From contig OZ243927.1 in NCBI GenBank assembly GCA_965213925.1, positions 1,888,001 to 1,952,000 of the forward strand: 64,000 nucleotides of DNA. The letters are read 5' to 3'. Under the pieces are notes generated by a model. The model was not told the DNA's origin. It saw only the letters and a list, made by a program, of their open reading frames with translations, and searched no databases. The DNA is from Trueperaceae bacterium. Its GTDB lineage: Bacteria; Deinococcota; Deinococci; Deinococcales; Trueperaceae. Below are positions 49,200 to 58,745 of this stretch, piece after piece; positions within the stretch are counted from its first letter, which is position 1; the number at the start of each line of letters is the position of its first letter. Made by a program: the position numbers and the translations under genes.

Positions 49200-51023
49200 A
49201 TGCAACCGCTCAAATCCCAACTCAAACACGCCCTGAGTGAAGCGCTCCAAAAGATGGAGGTAGACGCGCCCGATATCGCGATTCAAGAGGTCCCCGAAGG
49301 AAAAGCCGGAGACTACGGCAGCCCCGTCGCTTTCGGGCTTGCTAAAACCTTGCGGAAGAACCCGGCGGCGATTGCGCAGGATATTATCTTAGGGTTGAAC
49401 CTACCCCCTAGTATCCAAAAAGCTGAAGCGGTTGGACCTTACATCAACTTTTTCGTCAATCCCTCAAATTTTGTTCAAAACGTGGCGACAGTAGAAGCAC
49501 CCCTACCTGATCAAGATAAAAAAGCCATCGTCGAACACACCAGCGTCAACCCGAACAAAGAGGCGCACGTGGGGCACTTGCGCAACATCGTTTTAGGGGA
49601 CGCTTGCGCCCGCATCTTAAAAGCGGCGGGCTACGAGGTCGAGATTCAGAACTACATCGACGACACGGGTCGGCAGGCGGCGGAGTCTATTTTCGCGACG
49701 ACGTATTTTAAGGCGCAGTACGACGGGTCTAAAAAGTATGACCACTGGCTGGGCGAGCTTTACGTGAAGTTGGGTGAGGCGAAGGAGAGGGACGGCGAGA
49801 GGATCGAGCAAGGTGTGTCGGAGGTGATGCATAGGCTCGAGCGCGGCGAACTCCGTACGAAAGTGGAGGACGTTTTGAGGTCGCAGTTGGAGACCTACTA
49901 CGCGCTAGGCGTCGAGTACGACCTCTTGGTGTGGGAGTCCGACATCGTTCACAGCGGCTTTTTGGCGCAAGCGCTAGACGTGCTCAAAAATAGCGAATAC
50001 GTCTTCCAACCCCAAGAGGGCAAGTTTGCGGGCGCGTTGGTCATGGACGTGTCTTCATTCTTACCTGGGCTCGAGGAACCTCTCGTCGTCCTCGTTCGCA
50101 GTGACGGCAACGCGATGTACGTCGCCAAAGACATCGGCACGCAGTTCTGGAAAGTCGGTCTGTTTGAAGGCTTGAAATTCACAGAATTTGACATGCAGCC
50201 TTCAGGGAGAACGCTTTACACGAGCAACCCCGACGGTGAAGCGCACCCGGACGGACACACCTTTGCGAAAGCGGATGAGGTCATCAACGTCATCGACGTG
50301 CGGCAGTCGCACCCGCAGACGATTGTGAAAACGGCGCTGGCGCTGACCGATACGGCGCAAGGTTTCGACGCTTCGCGTCACCTAGCGTATGAGGTGGTGA
50401 CGCTCGAGGGTCAAGCCATGAGCGGGCGCAAAGGGATTACCTTGTCCATTGATGAGGTCATCGACGAGGCGACGAAACGCGCAAGGGGCGTGGTTGAGGA
50501 GAAAAACCCTAACCTGGCGACGATAGACGAAGTGGCGCGGCAAGTGGGCATCGGCGCGTTGCGTTTCGGGATGCTCAAAAGCGAGGCGAAGCGCATTATC
50601 GACTTTCGTTGGGAGCAGGCGTTGTCGCTACAAGGGGACTCTGCTCCTTACGTTCAGTATGCGCACGCGCGGGCGTGCAGCATCCTTCGCGCGGCTGAGG
50701 GGTTGGATGAAAAGGATGCAGACTGGGACAAGGTCGGCGTGTTAGAGGTCAAGTTGGCGCAAGAGGTCGCGCGGCTGCCCGAAGTGATAATGGGCGCGGC
50801 TAGGAGCTACGCGCCGCATCTGGTGGCGCAGTATGGGCTCGAGCTGGCGACGAGTTGGAACAGCTATTACAACCACAAAAATGAGCAGGGGAGACCGGAC
50901 ACGCAAGTCTTGAAGGCGGAGCCCGGTTTAAGAGAGGCGCGGCTTGCGCTTGTGCGGCGCGTCAAGGAGACATTGGCGCAGAGTTTGGCTTTGTTGGGAA
51001 TTGCTGCGCCAGAGGAGATGTAG
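49200..51023 (+). CDS. argS: Arginine--tRNA ligase
   Basis: EHTSVNPNKEAHVGHLRN, MSGRKG, YVQYAHAR, C-terminal PEEM. Confidence 0.95.
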   Translation: MQPLKSQLKHALSEALQKMEVDAPDIAIQEVPEGKAGDYGSPVAFGLAKTLRKNPAAIAQDIILGLNLPPSIQKAEAVGPYINFFVNPSNFVQNVATVEAPLPDQDKKAIVEHTSVNPNKEAHVGHLRNIVLGDACARILKAAGYEVEIQNYIDDTGRQAAESIFATTYFKAQYDGSKKYDHWLGELYVKLGEAKERDGERIEQGVSEVMHRLERGELRTKVEDVLRSQLETYYALGVEYDLLVWESDIVHSGFLAQALDVLKNSEYVFQPQEGKFAGALVMDVSSFLPGLEEPLVVLVRSDGNAMYVAKDIGTQFWKVGLFEGLKFTEFDMQPSGRTLYTSNPDGEAHPDGHTFAKADEVINVIDVRQSHPQTIVKTALALTDTAQGFDASRHLAYEVVTLEGQAMSGRKGITLSIDEVIDEATKRARGVVEEKNPNLATIDEVARQVGIGALRFGMLKSEAKRIIDFRWEQALSLQGDSAPYVQYAHARACSILRAAEGLDEKDADWDKVGVLEVKLAQEVARLPEVIMGAARSYAPHLVAQYGLELATSWNSYYNHKNEQGRPDTQVLKAEPGLREARLALVRRVKETLAQSLALLGIAAPEEM

Positions 51024-51079
51024 GCATTTCCGTCTAATTCATTCGTGCTTGAACCGGATGTGATGCGGCGCTGTGTAGT

Positions 51080-51107
51080 GTAGGGGCGATTCATGAATTG
51101 CCCCTAC
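51080..51107. repeat. GTAG-type REP-like palindrome
   Basis: GTAGGGGCGATTCATGAATTGCCCCTAC. Confidence 0.6.
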
Positions 51108-51158
51108 GGAGCAAGCGTTCCTGGTGTGATCATTGCTACAGCTAAAGAGGAGGTCTGA

Positions 51159-51602
51159 ATGCAAGGCTGCAAAACGTGTGAGCTTATTGCGCGGCGCGAT
51201 AACGGCGATGCACCGCTTTGGGATGAAATCCTCCGCACGCCTCTCTGGGACGTGGTGCATAATTACGACACCTCGTTACCGGGCTGGCTCGTTCTCGTGG
51301 TGCGCCGCCACCTCTCGGCGATCGATGAACTCACAGAAGAAGAGGCGGCGGAACTCGGTTCACTGCTGCGAAGAAGTTCCCATGCGCTTAAAGAGGTCGT
51401 CGGCTGCGAAAAGACCTACGTGCTTCAGTTTGCCGAGCACCCCGAGCATCCACACGTGCATTTCCACGTCGTGCCGCGCATGGCGGACATGCCTGATAAA
51501 TACCGGGCTACGGGGATATTTGAGTACTCGAGCCCCGCCCAAAAGCGCCTTAGCGAAGCGGCGATGAACGCGCTGGCAGCGCGGTTACGTTTGCTGCTCT
51601 AA
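51159..51602 (+). CDS. HIT family protein
   Basis: CKTC, PGWL, HVHFHVVPR; GAGGAGG RBS. Confidence 0.88.
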   Translation: MQGCKTCELIARRDNGDAPLWDEILRTPLWDVVHNYDTSLPGWLVLVVRRHLSAIDELTEEEAAELGSLLRRSSHALKEVVGCEKTYVLQFAEHPEHPHVHFHVVPRMADMPDKYRATGIFEYSSPAQKRLSEAAMNALAARLRLLL

Positions 51603-51652
51603 ACACGGCAAGCCGAGCGCTACTTACGTAGCGCAAGAGGTAGACTGGCTGC

Positions 51653-53203
51653 GTGGGTAACGCCGAACACGAGCAAAGCGGGGGGCAAGAAGTGTCTTCT
51701 GAGCGAACGCCGCCGCAGGCTAGAGCGCAAGTCTGGCTGCGCAACCTGCTCGCGGGGGTCTCGGTGGCGCTAGTATTGGTTCCGCAGTCGTTAGCCTACG
51801 CCGAACTCGCCGGTTTGAGCGCGCTGCACGGTCTCTACGCCGCTGCGCTGCCGCCGATTGCGGCGGCGTTTTTCGCCTCGAGCCCCTACCTACAAACCGG
51901 CCCGACCGCGCTCACGGCGATCCTCGCTTTCGGGGTTCTCTCTTCGCACTTCGCGCCCTCGTCGCCTGAGTACGTCGGCGCGGCGGCGCTTTTGGCGCTG
52001 CTCGTCGGCGCGCTCCGCGTCCTTTTGGGGCTCCTCAAAATGGGCGCGCTGGCGTACTTCATGAGCCAGCCCGTGTTGCGCGGTTTCACCTCGGCGGCGG
52101 CTGTGCTCATCCTCTGTTCGCAGTTGCCCACCGCGTTAGGGGTCGAGGCGGTGGGCGAGGGGATATTCTCGCGCCTCCTCTACACGTTCACGCACCTTAG
52201 CGCGTGGCAGCCTAGCGCCGCTGCGCTAGGCCTCGTCACGCTTCTTTTAGTTCTGGGAGGTCGCCGCCTCTCGCCGCTCTTCCCCGGCGTGCTCGCGGCC
52301 GCCTTGCTGGGTCTCGGCGTGTCCGCTCTGGGCTATTCCGCGTCCGTAGTCGGTGACGTCGGCGCGCCTTCTCTCGGCCTGAACTTGGCGCTTCCTTGGC
52401 ACGCCCTGCCCGAGCTTTTCGTCGGTGCGCTGGTCATCGCCGGGGTGGGCTTCGCGGAGCCGACCGCTATCGCGCGCGCGTACGCTGACGAGGCTGAGCG
52501 TTGGAACCCGAACCGTGAACTGGTCGCTCAAGGGGTGGCGAACATCGCGGCCGGGCTCGTGCAGGGCTTTCCGGTCGGGGGCAGCTTCTCGCGCTCGAGC
52601 TTGGGCAAATTAGCGGGCGCGACGAGCCGCTGGAGCGGTCTCGTCGCCGGGCTCGTAGCGTTAGCGTTTCTCCCCTTCGCCTCCCTTCTAAGCGCCCTGC
52701 CCCGCGCCGTGTTGGGGGCTATCGTCATCGCCGCCGTGGTGAACCTGCTCGAGCTTGGCGAACTCGTCAGGCTCTGGCGCTACGCCCGCTTCCAGGCGCT
52801 CACCGCCTACGCGACCTTCGCGCTGACCTTGCTGCTAGCGCCCCGCATCGACTACGCGGTCTTGGTGGGCGTCGCGCTCGCTGTGGGGCTGCACCTGTGG
52901 CGCGAGACGCAGCTCACCGTCCGCAGCAGCCGCCGCGAGGACACCTTGGTGGTCGAAGTGACCGGCGTGCTGTATTTCGGCTCGGTGCATAGGCTCGAGG
53001 CTGAGCGCCGAGCCCTACCCGACCTCGCCGGTCTCGATGTCGAAGAGGTCGTCGTGGACGGCGCGGGTCTGGGCCGCGTAGACATCAGCGGCGTCATGGC
53101 GCTCCGCACGTGGCAGCGGGAGGTCGAGCGCTCCGGCGTCCCGCTCCGCTTCATCCACTTGCAACCCCACGTGCGCAGGATGATGCGGCGGTTAAAGGAA
53201 TGA
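51653..53203 (+). CDS. SulP family anion permease with STAS domain
   Basis: PQSLAYAELAG, GSFSRS, LYFGS. Confidence 0.92.
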   Translation: MGNAEHEQSGGQEVSSERTPPQARAQVWLRNLLAGVSVALVLVPQSLAYAELAGLSALHGLYAAALPPIAAAFFASSPYLQTGPTALTAILAFGVLSSHFAPSSPEYVGAAALLALLVGALRVLLGLLKMGALAYFMSQPVLRGFTSAAAVLILCSQLPTALGVEAVGEGIFSRLLYTFTHLSAWQPSAAALGLVTLLLVLGGRRLSPLFPGVLAAALLGLGVSALGYSASVVGDVGAPSLGLNLALPWHALPELFVGALVIAGVGFAEPTAIARAYADEAERWNPNRELVAQGVANIAAGLVQGFPVGGSFSRSSLGKLAGATSRWSGLVAGLVALAFLPFASLLSALPRAVLGAIVIAAVVNLLELGELVRLWRYARFQALTAYATFALTLLLAPRIDYAVLVGVALAVGLHLWRETQLTVRSSRREDTLVVEVTGVLYFGSVHRLEAERRALPDLAGLDVEEVVVDGAGLGRVDISGVMALRTWQREVERSGVPLRFIHLQPHVRRMMRRLKE

Positions 53204-53312
53204 GCGTTTTTGTGGTGGGCTTGTATACGTATTGAGCTGACAGGGCGTCAAACCTCTGAACAGTAGTTTGACCCGGTACCTTTACACATCTACGACCTTG
53301 TAAAATAGACCC

Positions 53313-55004
53313 GTGGACGCCCTCATCCTCTTAGCGAGCTATCTCATCGGCTCGTCACCTTTGGGCAGCTTCCTCGTGGTTTGGGCGACGCGGCTCAAGC
53401 CGAGCGAGGTGACGGCGCACAACTTGGGCATCGAGAATGTAATACGCTTCGTCGGCGTGGGCACTGTGCTCGCGTCGTTCGCTGTGGATGTGCTTAAAGG
53501 CTTCGCGGTGCTGGCGCTTTTCGCAGGCAATCCCTGGGCGGCGCTCGGGGTGTATGCAGGTCATCTCTATCCGCTGACGTGGCTCTCTTACGGCGAAGTG
53601 CCGCGCGGCAGAGGGAGCGGCGTTTTCCTTGGCGTGCTTGTGGGGCTGTGGGTCTACACGGGCGTCCCTCTTTGGACCGTGCTCGCGCCGCTTGCGGTTT
53701 ACGCTACTCTCCTCGCTTGGCGTCGCTACGTCACGCTCGCGACGGTGGCGGGGCTCTTGACGCTCACCTTTACCCTCTCTCTACCCGCGACCTCTCAGCC
53801 TGCGCCGCTGACGCTCGTCGGAAGTCTTATCTTCATTTTAGGACTGTGGCGGCACAAGGTCGGACTCGCGCGGATTTTAGATCAGACGGAGCCGAAACTC
53901 GGCAAGCCACCCCCCGTGCGCGGCGTGGACCCGAACACTGTGACCGCCGCTTTTATGATTCACCCGCTGACGATGGACGACGTTTGGCAACCCGGCAGCT
54001 TGCGTTGGCTCGGCTTTTTAGGGCGGCGCGGCGTCGTTCCGCTACCCTTCATACGCCGCGCGCTGCGCCTCTTACGCCCGCAAAAACAGAGCGAGATGCG
54101 CGGGATTCGCCTCGCGGACGGGCGCGAGTTGCGCGTGATGATCCTCAGCGGTCCCTTGTTCCCCGAGCAGATTCGCCGCTACCCCGAGGAGGCGACGCGC
54201 TTGGCGGTCCAGGGGGCGCGGCTCGCGCACGAACTCGGTGCGGAGGCGTTCGGGCTGGGGGCGTTTTGGTCTACGGTAGGGGAGAAGGGGCTCAAAGTGC
54301 AGGAGGCGGTGCCGGAGATTCACATTACCAACGGCGGCGCGTACACGGCGGCGACGGTCAAGGCGGCGGTGCCGGGGCTCCTCAAACGGTTCGAGGCGGA
54401 GGGGGGCGGGCTGGGGCGCTCGAGCGCTGCTGTCGTCGGCGCAAATGGCGTCGTCGCGTTTGGCGTCGCCCGCACGATTGCCCCGGAGATAGCGCGGCTC
54501 ATCCTCATCGGGCGAGATAGAGCGCGTTTAGAGCGCAGCGCTAGAACGTTGCGCCGCAAATACCCCCACACGGAGATTGAGACAAGCACCGACGTCGCCG
54601 CGTGTGAAACGGCTGACCTCATCTTCACCGCCACCTCCGACCCCGCGCCCGTCCTGTTCGCCCACCACGTCAAACCCGGCGCTTGGATTTTCGACCTCGG
54701 GAGGCCCGCCGACGTGGACGAGGGCGTGCGCGAGGTCCCCGGCGTCCACATCATCCCCGGCGGCGTGGTGCGCCCGCCCGGTGAGATGCGCAGCCACCTC
54801 GACTTGCACTTCGGGGATGGTATGGTGCCCGCTTGTATGGCGGAAACGATGATCATGAGCGCGACGCGGGCGTTTCACCGCAAGTCGCTAGGGAGCGCGA
54901 CAAAAGGTGCCGATATCGACTTCTATTTAGAGGAAGGGGCGCGGCTCGGCTTCGAGATCGTGACCCGCGACGCGCGCGTCGCTAGCCCTAAGGAACTCGC
55001 GTGA
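53313..55004 (+). CDS. PlsY-like acyltransferase fused to an NAD(P)-binding acyl-ACP-reductase-like domain
   Basis: N-terminal YLIGSSP, DVLKG, GHLYP. C-terminal FMIHPL, LGAFWS, TNGGAYTA, VVGANG, PACMAET. Confidence 0.75.
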   Translation: MDALILLASYLIGSSPLGSFLVVWATRLKPSEVTAHNLGIENVIRFVGVGTVLASFAVDVLKGFAVLALFAGNPWAALGVYAGHLYPLTWLSYGEVPRGRGSGVFLGVLVGLWVYTGVPLWTVLAPLAVYATLLAWRRYVTLATVAGLLTLTFTLSLPATSQPAPLTLVGSLIFILGLWRHKVGLARILDQTEPKLGKPPPVRGVDPNTVTAAFMIHPLTMDDVWQPGSLRWLGFLGRRGVVPLPFIRRALRLLRPQKQSEMRGIRLADGRELRVMILSGPLFPEQIRRYPEEATRLAVQGARLAHELGAEAFGLGAFWSTVGEKGLKVQEAVPEIHITNGGAYTAATVKAAVPGLLKRFEAEGGGLGRSSAAVVGANGVVAFGVARTIAPEIARLILIGRDRARLERSARTLRRKYPHTEIETSTDVAACETADLIFTATSDPAPVLFAHHVKPGAWIFDLGRPADVDEGVREVPGVHIIPGGVVRPPGEMRSHLDLHFGDGMVPACMAETMIMSATRAFHRKSLGSATKGADIDFYLEEGARLGFEIVTRDARVASPKELA

Positions 55005-55798
55005 GCGTCTCGTTTCACATGCAGGGCGAGTTGGAGAACTTGGAAGCGGAGACCTCTTTACTGTGGGATTTACTGTGGGACGCAGGCTGTCTCGGCGTCG
55101 CGCAAGAGGGTGACGAGGTGGTGGCGTATTTTGCTGAGGTGGTTGCCCTGCCCCTCGAGGGCACCTGGCGAGAGGTTGAAGAGACCGATTATCTGGCGGC
55201 TTATTATGCAGAGCTTGAACCTGTTTATCTCGAGCACCTCATCGTCGCCCCCACCCACTGCGACATCCCCGCAGGTGAAACGCGCCGCGTCCTCTGGCTC
55301 GACCCCGGCATGGCGTTCGGGACGGGGCATCACGCGACGACGTATCTGGCGTTGGCTGCGCTCGAGACCTTCCATCTAGAAAACAAACGAGTTCTGGACG
55401 TGGGCGCAGGTTCGGGTATCTTAACCATCGCTGCCGACCTCTTGGGCGCAGCCGAAGCGGTCGGCATCGACATCGACCCCTTGACCTTGCCCGTGGCGGA
55501 GGAAAACCGAGCGCTGAACGGTTCGAAGGCGACCTTTCGGCTCAGCACGCTGGACGACACGGTCTCCGGAGGCTTCGATATCGTTACGGCGAACCTCTTC
55601 GCCGAACTGCACGTCGAGTTTGCGGCTGCGTATCGCCGCGCTCTGCGTCCAGACGGCTGGCTCTTGGCAACGGGGATTCTGGATGAGCGTTTGGCGCTGG
55701 CAGAGGAGGCGCTGAGCGCTCACCTTACGGTTCACTCGGTTGAATATAAAGAGGAGTGGGCGCTCATCTTGGCGCAGAGATGTGATGACGACATATGA
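55001..55798 (+). CDS. prmA: Ribosomal protein L11 methyltransferase
   Basis: DPGMAFGTGHHATT, LDVGAGSGIL, DIDP. Confidence 0.92.
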   Translation: MSVSFHMQGELENLEAETSLLWDLLWDAGCLGVAQEGDEVVAYFAEVVALPLEGTWREVEETDYLAAYYAELEPVYLEHLIVAPTHCDIPAGETRRVLWLDPGMAFGTGHHATTYLALAALETFHLENKRVLDVGAGSGILTIAADLLGAAEAVGIDIDPLTLPVAEENRALNGSKATFRLSTLDDTVSGGFDIVTANLFAELHVEFAAAYRRALRPDGWLLATGILDERLALAEEALSAHLTVHSVEYKEEWALILAQRCDDDI

Positions 55799-56508
55799 GA
55801 ATCCACCGCGTCTTTCTAAAGGAATTACAAGCAGGGGAGCGGACGCTCTCCGGTGCGGAGGCGCATCATCTCGCGCAAGTTTTGCGGGTTCAACCGGGGA
55901 CGAGGGTGAAAGCGTTCGACGGCTCAGGTTTAGAAGCCGCGGGCGAAGTTCAGGCGGTGGACGAACTGAGCGTCACGCTCCGCTTGGAGTCGCCGGAGCC
56001 GAGCGACGTAGAAGCTACCCTTAAACTCACCCTCGCCGTCCCGCTCCTCAAGGGCGACAAATTCTCCGAAGTCGTGCGGCGCGGCACCGAACTCGGCGCG
56101 GTGCGCTTTATCCCCGTTTTAACCTCTCGCTGTGACGTAAAAGTGCTCTCTGAGAATAAGCTGACGCGCTACCGCCGCGTGGCGAAAGAAGCCGCCAAGC
56201 AGTCGGGGCGGAGCGTCGTGCCAGAGGTGGAGCCCTTGCGCAAGTTGTCCAAGTTGGACTTGGGACCTCTTACGCTCGTCGCGCATCCTCGCTCCTCCGC
56301 GACCTTACAAGAGGTCATGAAGTCGAATGCCGACGCTTACGAAGAGGTCATGCTCGTCACCGGACCCGAAGGCGGCTTGAGCGAACAAGAGGTTGAATCT
56401 CTGACTGAGCAAGGTGCGAAGGGTGTGACCCTGGGCGCACGCATTCTCCGCGCCGAAACTGCGCCCATCGCGCTCACGGCGGCGCTCTTACTGCCGGAGG
56501 CTCTGTAG
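55795..56508 (+). CDS. rsmE: 16S rRNA m3U1498 methyltransferase
   Basis: HHLAQVLR, TELGA, EAAKQSGR, GPEGG, LGARILRAETA. Confidence 0.93.
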   Translation: MRIHRVFLKELQAGERTLSGAEAHHLAQVLRVQPGTRVKAFDGSGLEAAGEVQAVDELSVTLRLESPEPSDVEATLKLTLAVPLLKGDKFSEVVRRGTELGAVRFIPVLTSRCDVKVLSENKLTRYRRVAKEAAKQSGRSVVPEVEPLRKLSKLDLGPLTLVAHPRSSATLQEVMKSNADAYEEVMLVTGPEGGLSEQEVESLTEQGAKGVTLGARILRAETAPIALTAALLLPEAL

Positions 56509-56606
56509 AATCTTGAACATGCTCGAGCGCCAAAAACTTCACAGAACACCCTCTTTCATCGACGCCACACACGCCCTCTAAGCTCAGCCCGTATGATTGA
56601 GGCGAC

Positions 56607-56987
56607 ATGAAACGAATTGCCGTACCGATACTCGCCCTTCTGCTCCTCTCCGCTTGCACGTATACCTACATCCCGCCCGTTCCCGAGGCGCGGACCCGCG
56701 AAGAGGTCTTTACCCTCAGCAGTTCGTCCGGTTTGGTGAGGGAGGGGGAGAGGCTCAGGCTGGACTTCGTGGTGGAGGAGGTGCCCGAAGCGGACTGGCT
56801 CGCGGTGCAGTGGTTCGCCCCGAACAACGACCAGGTCGCTTCGAACTCGGTGTGGATACCCGAATACGACCGGGCCACCGGAACGCTCTTCTCACCCGAG
56901 CGCGTCACCTTGCGCCCCGGCACGTGGCGGGCGGTGCTCTCGTTTCAGGGGCGCATCGTGCGGCAGTTCGCCGCGGTTATCGAGTAA
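56607..56987 (+). CDS. Hypothetical lipoprotein
   Basis: LSAC lipobox; WLAVQWF and PGTWRAVLSF. Confidence 0.7.
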   Translation: MKRIAVPILALLLLSACTYTYIPPVPEARTREEVFTLSSSSGLVREGERLRLDFVVEEVPEADWLAVQWFAPNNDQVASNSVWIPEYDRATGTLFSPERVTLRPGTWRAVLSFQGRIVRQFAAVIE

Positions 56988-57006
56988 AAAAACTCCAAAA
57001 TAAACG

Positions 57007-57030
57007 GGGGCGGGTTTCGAAACCCGCCCC
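57007..57030. terminator. Palindrome between convergent genes (terminator/REP-like)
   Basis: GGGGCGGGTTTCGAAACCCGCCCC. Confidence 0.6.
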
Positions 57031-57053
57031 TAAGCTCGCGATATCTTTTGCGT

Positions 57054-58295
57054 TTAGCGCCGCGACTGCGACACCCGTACGTTGGTTGTGCGTCCCGGCT
57101 GAATGTCGAACTCGCGGATGTGGGTCGTGAAGCCTGGCGCGGTGACTGTGAGCTGGTGTGTGCCCGTCGGCAGGTCGGAGATGGTAAGCCTCCCGCTGCC
57201 GTTAGGGATGGTGCCGTAGTCCTGCCCGTTGATGAACACCCTCGCGCCGCCGACGTTGGCTTGGACGCGCAACGTGCCCGTGCTCGAGCGAAGCTCCGCG
57301 CTGACCCGCCTGGTGTCGCCGCCGTTCACCGAGAAGCTCACCGCCGTATTCTCGTAACCCGAGTAGCGGAAGCTCGCCCTGTACTCGCCCGCGTTGAGCG
57401 TGACTGGACCCGTGGGCGTCGTGCCGACGAACTGACCGTCCACGTAAACGTCCGCGCCCTCCGGTTGCGAGGTGAAGCTCACGCTACCCGTGCGCCGCAC
57501 CCTCGAGAGCCCCGCGTCGACCTCTCTGGTTTCGCCGCCGCGCAAATCAACGGTTGTCGTGTAGGCGTCGTAACCGTCGCTCTCCACGCGCACCTCGTGC
57601 GTGCCCGAGGTCGTGCCGTAGCGCACCGGCGTGTAGCCGACGAAGCGCCCGTCCACATAGGCTCTCGCGCCTTCGGGCGACGAGGCGATGTCGAGCGTGC
57701 CGTAGCGCTGGGTGGCGGGGCGTCCGCCGACGTAAAAGAGCGCCGTGTCTGTGACCCAGTCGTCTTGAGGAAGCGGTCTCACGACGACCGAGAGTGACTC
57801 GGCGAATTCGCCTTCATCCGCGCTCGAGGTCCTAAAGCTCCCTTCTGACTCGAACTCCAAGAAGTCGGAGGTGTCCAAGGGGTCTAAGCTCGCCACCGCG
57901 AGCACTTTGTCCAAGCCGCGCGGTCCAGCGACCTGGAAGGTATAACGAGCGTCGGTCGGCGGAAAGTACTTCGTCTGGTCCGCCCGGACGAAGTTGTCGC
58001 GTCCATAACTGTCGACCTCGTTGGGAAGAATCTGCTGAATCTCGCCGTCGCTCTTGACGCTAAAGAGGTAGACGTACGCATCTTCACTCGTGCGCACGCC
58101 AATGCGGATGTCCTCGCCGACGTCGTAGCTCGGCACGCTCTGACCCGAGTCGTCTCTGTCAACAAAGACCTCGACCTCAAACGAAGGGTCGGGGTTGACG
58201 ATAATGGACTGCGGCGAGAAGACCGCGCCGTCATCTTGCGCGAAGCCGAAAGCTAAAAGTAAGAGGGGAAGGCTGAAGAAAAATTTCAAGTTCAT
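57054..58295 (-). CDS. Secreted DUF4384 plus three PEGA domain (S-layer-like) protein
   Basis: Signal peptide, SPQSIIVNP, YVYLF..QILPN, repeated PEGA.VYVDG..G.TP. Confidence 0.85.
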   Translation of the reverse strand: MNLKFFFSLPLLLLAFGFAQDDGAVFSPQSIIVNPDPSFEVEVFVDRDDSGQSVPSYDVGEDIRIGVRTSEDAYVYLFSVKSDGEIQQILPNEVDSYGRDNFVRADQTKYFPPTDARYTFQVAGPRGLDKVLAVASLDPLDTSDFLEFESEGSFRTSSADEGEFAESLSVVVRPLPQDDWVTDTALFYVGGRPATQRYGTLDIASSPEGARAYVDGRFVGYTPVRYGTTSGTHEVRVESDGYDAYTTTVDLRGGETREVDAGLSRVRRTGSVSFTSQPEGADVYVDGQFVGTTPTGPVTLNAGEYRASFRYSGYENTAVSFSVNGGDTRRVSAELRSSTGTLRVQANVGGARVFINGQDYGTIPNGSGRLTISDLPTGTHQLTVTAPGFTTHIREFDIQPGRTTNVRVSQSRR

Positions 58296-58343
58296 GACCT
58301 GTTCCTTTCTATCAAAGTATCTAGCATAATAAGCACGGAACAC

Positions 58344-58420
58344 GTAGATATCATCTCTAAACGTGCGTGCTTATAGATGGTTTTTTGTCTAAGAACGTCG
58401 GTGACCAGATGATACCTGCT
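58344..58420 (+). mobile_element. Mini-MITE family B, copy 3
   Basis: GTAGATATCATC...TGACCAGATGATACCTGCT. Confidence 0.65.
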
Positions 58421-58515
58421 AGGAGCGTAGCACAGCCACTTTCACGAGGATGTGGTGGTCCTAAAGGTCTCTTCATGGACGTTTGCTGCACATAATTTTT
58501 TGCAATCGTCCTTGG

Positions 58516-58745
58516 TGCACCGGTAATTAAGTTTTACAACACTGTGTCACCCCGAGCGTAGCACAGCGCAGTCGAGGGGTCTCGCCTTACATTCTCCGTT
58601 AGATAAGAAGGCGAATGCAGAGATTCTTTCATCGTTCATCCCCGAAAGGGGGCTCCACTTCGTTACGCAAGGCTTCGCGTCACTGCGTTCCCACTGGCGA
58701 CTTCGTGAATAGAATGACATGGCTCATCTTTTAACTGACAGAGTA
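58516..58745 (+). mobile_element. MITE family A, copy 5
   Basis: TGCACCGGTAATTAA...TTAACTGACAGAGTA with the same arms and the CCCCGAAAGGGG module. Confidence 0.78.
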
